A stretch of 62,717 nt of DNA, the filler included, from Bonamia ostreae (taxonomy: Eukaryota), in the NCBI GenBank assembly GCA_040357525.1. It is 11 parts of 11 records of this genome, joined end to end, with 100 filler letters (N's around TTAATTAATTAA, not from the genome) between each part and the next. Parts side by side here need not be neighbours in the genome. Positions count along the whole stretch, not along the records: positions 57,163 to 62,717 come from JBDODL010000181.1; 10 more parts are not named here. One strand, given 5' to 3'. The notes below the pieces were generated by a model. It did not search any database, had not been told where the DNA came from, and saw only the letters and a list, made by a program, of their open reading frames with translations. Positions 59,341-62,717 of the stretch are shown one piece after another. Position 1 is the first letter of the stretch; each line of letters begins with the position of its first letter. The position numbers and the translations under genes were made by a program.

Positions 59341-61396
59341 ATGCAAACAATTTTCATGTTAATTTTACTAATTTTTGAACGGTTTTTATCCAAAAACTCA
59401 ATTTTTCATAAATTTTCAAAACTCTCTTCAATTTATGGAAACGACGACAGAGTTTCAACAATTTCGTCCAGATTTACAAAATTTGAAAATTTGTTAAAAG
59501 CAACCGTTGTTCTTGTCAAGAAAAAACACTTAACTTTTTTTTCTAACGATTTTTTCGTTATCGACAACCCTCAGAGGTACATTCAGACAATTAATAATAA
59601 CAAAATTTGCGACGACACCAAATTTTATGGCGAACCTAATCCAGGTTTCTGTTCAGGTTTTTTTAAATATTCTTTTTTAACATGATATTTTTTCCACTTT
59701 TGAATTTATAAAGGATTTTTATTGTCGAAAAAAATGATTGTGACAGCGGGTCACTGCATAAAAAGCCCTGCAAATTGTCATTCGATTGCTTTTATATTTG
59801 ATTTCACATTAAAATTGTTCTCGAAAAACAGATTCCTGATACCAAAGAAAAATGTTTTCTTTTGTAACAATGTTGTCTCTTTGATGAATGAACCAAGAGA
59901 TGATCACAGTGTTGTTGTTCTAAACAGAGACGTTAATTATCGCTTTTTAAATATCAAGATTTCTGGTTTTATCTTTTTAATATTTACTAATTTGTGATTT
60001 TGTCTTCAGAGATATTTTTGCACATGAGCACTGAATTAGTGTAAATAAAATCTGTTTTGTACTTACACTTCTTCAATCAAAAAAGAAAGGCTGTCAAAAC
60101 ATAGCGGATTGATGATGATAGGCCATCCATACGGATTGGAGATGAAGATAAGTTTAAAAGGAAATGTGATATTGGAATTCGGAAATTTGTTTAGCTGTGA
60201 CTTAGACTCTTTTGTTGGCAACAGTGGATCTTTGGTAGCTAACGCAGAAAATCTAAATATCGAAGGAATTTTAGTTCGGGGAAACGATGATTTTTTCTGG
60301 AACAAATCAAGAAAATGTGCGCAGATAAAAAGATATGAGAAGGGCCAAGAAATCGTAATGAAACCGACTACCTTTGATCACGTACTCCAAAATACCATTT
60401 TTCTGAAACCTCACGGAAAAGTAGTCGTTCCATATCAGTTGGACAACAGAAAATTCAAAGAGTTTGTGTATTTTTACGTTGTTAACCCTGAAAACGAGAA
60501 AAAACATTTTCTTCTTCAAATTTCTAAAGACTCTTACGAATTTGCGAGTTTTAATTTTGCATACGAAAGTAAAAATGTGCCTGAAAGTTTTTTAAACAAA
60601 AAAAAATTTGTGATAAAATATTTGAACATTAATTTATCATTGCAACTATTTGATGTAACAAATGTTTACTGTAGATATCGGAAAAACAGAAATCAGTGAA
60701 GAAAACAAGCACAAACAAATGGTAGGATCGATTTCTAAAAATTCCAGCTTGTTATTTTACCTAAAATACAAAATCCCAACACAGCAAAAATCGGAAAATT
60801 TTGAAGTTGAATTGGAACTTTACGATTTTAGCAAAAAGAAATATAGACGAACAGTTTTTCTGTTTGTCAGAACAAAGTCTTTGTTTTCTTCTATGCACAA
60901 AAAAGATGTTGGAGTTGATTATCAAAAGTCTATCATTTTGGAGCCGGATTACAAAAGAAGAAACGCGAATTTGTGCAGAAACAAAAAGGACGTATTTTCA
61001 AAGACTTTCATTTTCGGATTATTACAAAAGTCGACCATCTTTGTTCGTTTAGAGGGATCCAAATCTGTTTCGGCGAAGATACAGCCGGCATTTGAAGACT
61101 GGAATAGTTATTGTTGTCAGAAAAAGGACGGGAAAGTCGAGTTAAAAAACGAAGAAATGGAAGGGGGAACGTTGTATTTGTTGACGGTGTCAGCGGAGAA
61201 AAGAATAGCCAAACTTAAAATATGGTCAGACATCAAAATCGGAATGCTGAATCCAGACCAAATATTTTCCACTTATCCGAAAATGGGGAATTTAGGCAAA
61301 ATGGGCAATATTTTACCACAGAAAATGAGTTGCAGCAGAGGACAGAGAAAATTTGTCGATTTTTCAATAACGATTATTATTTTAAATTTTTGTTGA
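59341..61396 (+). CDS. Secreted trypsin-like (S1) serine protease with a C-terminal extension, multi-exon
   Basis: Signal-like N-terminus, IYGNDDR, FCSGF, VTAGHC, D.SVVVL, IGHPYGL, DSFVGNSGS and GILVRG. Confidence 0.8.
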
Positions 61397-61413
61397 TTTT
61401 GTAAATTTTATTA

Positions 61414-61557
61414 TTCGTTGACCAAACAAGATATTTTGGTCTAATAAATTTTTATTTAATTTTAATATTCGTTGAGCAAACAAGATATTTTGGTCTAATA
61501 AATTTTTATTTAATTTTAATATTCGTTGAGCAAACAAGATATTTTGGTCTAATAAAT
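61414..61557. repeat. Tandem ~54-nt repeat
   Basis: tattcgttgagcaaacaagatattttggtctaataaattt, three copies. Confidence 0.85.
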
Positions 61558-61615
61558 TTCGGTTTATTTATCGTTTTACCTATAACCACGATACTTAGCC
61601 ATTTGGACTCAAAAG

Positions 61616-62717
61616 ATGGAGCACTCTTTAGAAGCAACATCTTTCAGTAGACCAAACAAAGAGAGATGGCTAGGCGACCATGTTTTTACAATCTTCAAAC
61701 TAAAATCCACAGGACATTAACACATTCAAACAAGAAATAAAAAGCTCCCGCAGAATCAAGAAAATCGGCGAGGGAACTTACGGGTTTTTGCTTAACTCTG
61801 CAGAGCGGTTTTTAAGACGGAATCACCGACGGGCATGAACGTCGCCCTCAAAAAGATCAATCTGGAGAACGAACACGAAGGAGTTTGCATCATTTAACCA
61901 CAACACAAAAACAGTTCCCGATAACAGCGCTGCGCGAGATAAAAATGCTAAAGGCCATTAGACATCCAAACATAATCTCGTTGTTGGACGTCATTCCTGT
62001 CCACACCGGCGGCCGCCGTCCCGACTTTCACCTGATTTTCGAATATTTAGACCACGATTTAGCCGGTCTAATGGCTAGCGGAGAAGTTGTTCTCCAGGAA
62101 CAACATGTTAAGCACTGCCTTTACGAACTCTTGAGAGGACTGGAATATTTGCACAATCGTTGCAAGCTGATCCATCGCGACGTCAAGTTGTCAAATATTC
62201 TGGTCGGAAAAGACGGATCCATCAAAATAGCCGATTTTGGCTTGGCCCGCCAACATTATTCGGACAAGAGGGACTACACCGGGAGAGTGGTCACTCTGTG
62301 GTACAGAGCCCCCGAATTGCTACTGGGAATCAAAAACTACAGCACCGCGATTGACATCTGGGCCGCCGGGTGCGTTTTCTCGGAAATTGTTTTCGGAAAA
62401 CCGGCGTTTCCGGGCGAAACTGAAATTCAACAGCTTACACTTATATGCAAGGTCCTCTTCGAATAACAGACATAATTTTTGTAAAACAAGCTTATTCTGT
62501 TTAATGGAAAATTTGGTTAAAAAAGGTAGTTGGAGCGCCGAACAAAGAAAATTTTAGTGATTTTGAAAAACTTCCAATTAAAGTGTCGAAAGACTACCCG
62601 CGAACTTTTGATCAACGATACGCAAAGTTTAACAAGTGCAATAAAAGGTTTAAGAAAAAATCGCCGGAAGGATTCAAACTGTTATCGAGAATGCTTGAAA
62701 TTGACCCCCACAAGAGA
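61616..62717 (+). CDS. CDK9/CDK12 (CDKC)-like kinase, multi-exon, 3' truncated
   Basis: IGEGTYG, VALKKI, EG|FPITALREIKML, FEYLDHDLAGL, HRDVK.SN and YTGRVVTLWYRAPELLLG. Confidence 0.87.

Noticed and set aside
1-62717. Alternative genetic code explaining the broken ORFs
   Set aside because: In the conserved genes examined, stops and frame changes fall within tiny GT-AG introns; the standard code fits.

Overview
This is eukaryotic, gene-dense, AT-rich protist DNA. The pattern is reminiscent of a reduced parasite such as an ascetosporean, but that is unverified inference. The window is not one locus: it is 11 length-sorted contigs of about 5.6 kb joined by artificial N44-TTAATTAATTAA-N44 linkers. 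Genes are split by many tiny (mostly 19-25 nt) GT-AG introns, usually starting GTT(T), so the ORF track fragments them. Recognisable genes include PRP3, Raptor, CDK11-like, ALYREF, Sec1, SRP9, BCAS2, SF3A1, VPS28, CD2BP2, an amino-acid transporter, FARSB, PES1, GT25, PUS10, CDC20, ADAT2, APTX, a SAM methyltransferase, PUF, a TBP-like factor, GID8, CTF18, a bZIP, thioredoxin, SIN3, ELP2, DEGS1, a CCT protein, a trypsin-like protease and a CDK9/12-like kinase. There are three highlights. (1) A 535-nt intron of the ribosome-biogenesis gene Pescadillo carries, in tandem and in sense orientation, a U17/snR30-like H/ACA RNA and an RNase MRP RNA, and a U43/snR70-like C/D snoRNA follows the stop codon. 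(2) A bZIP gene has two IRE1-type stem-loops that delimit a 26-nt unconventional intron and a dual-coding tail, like XBP1/HAC1/bZIP60. (3) Other rare long introns carry structured RNAs. All calls come from reading the sequence by eye; no searches or folding programs were run.
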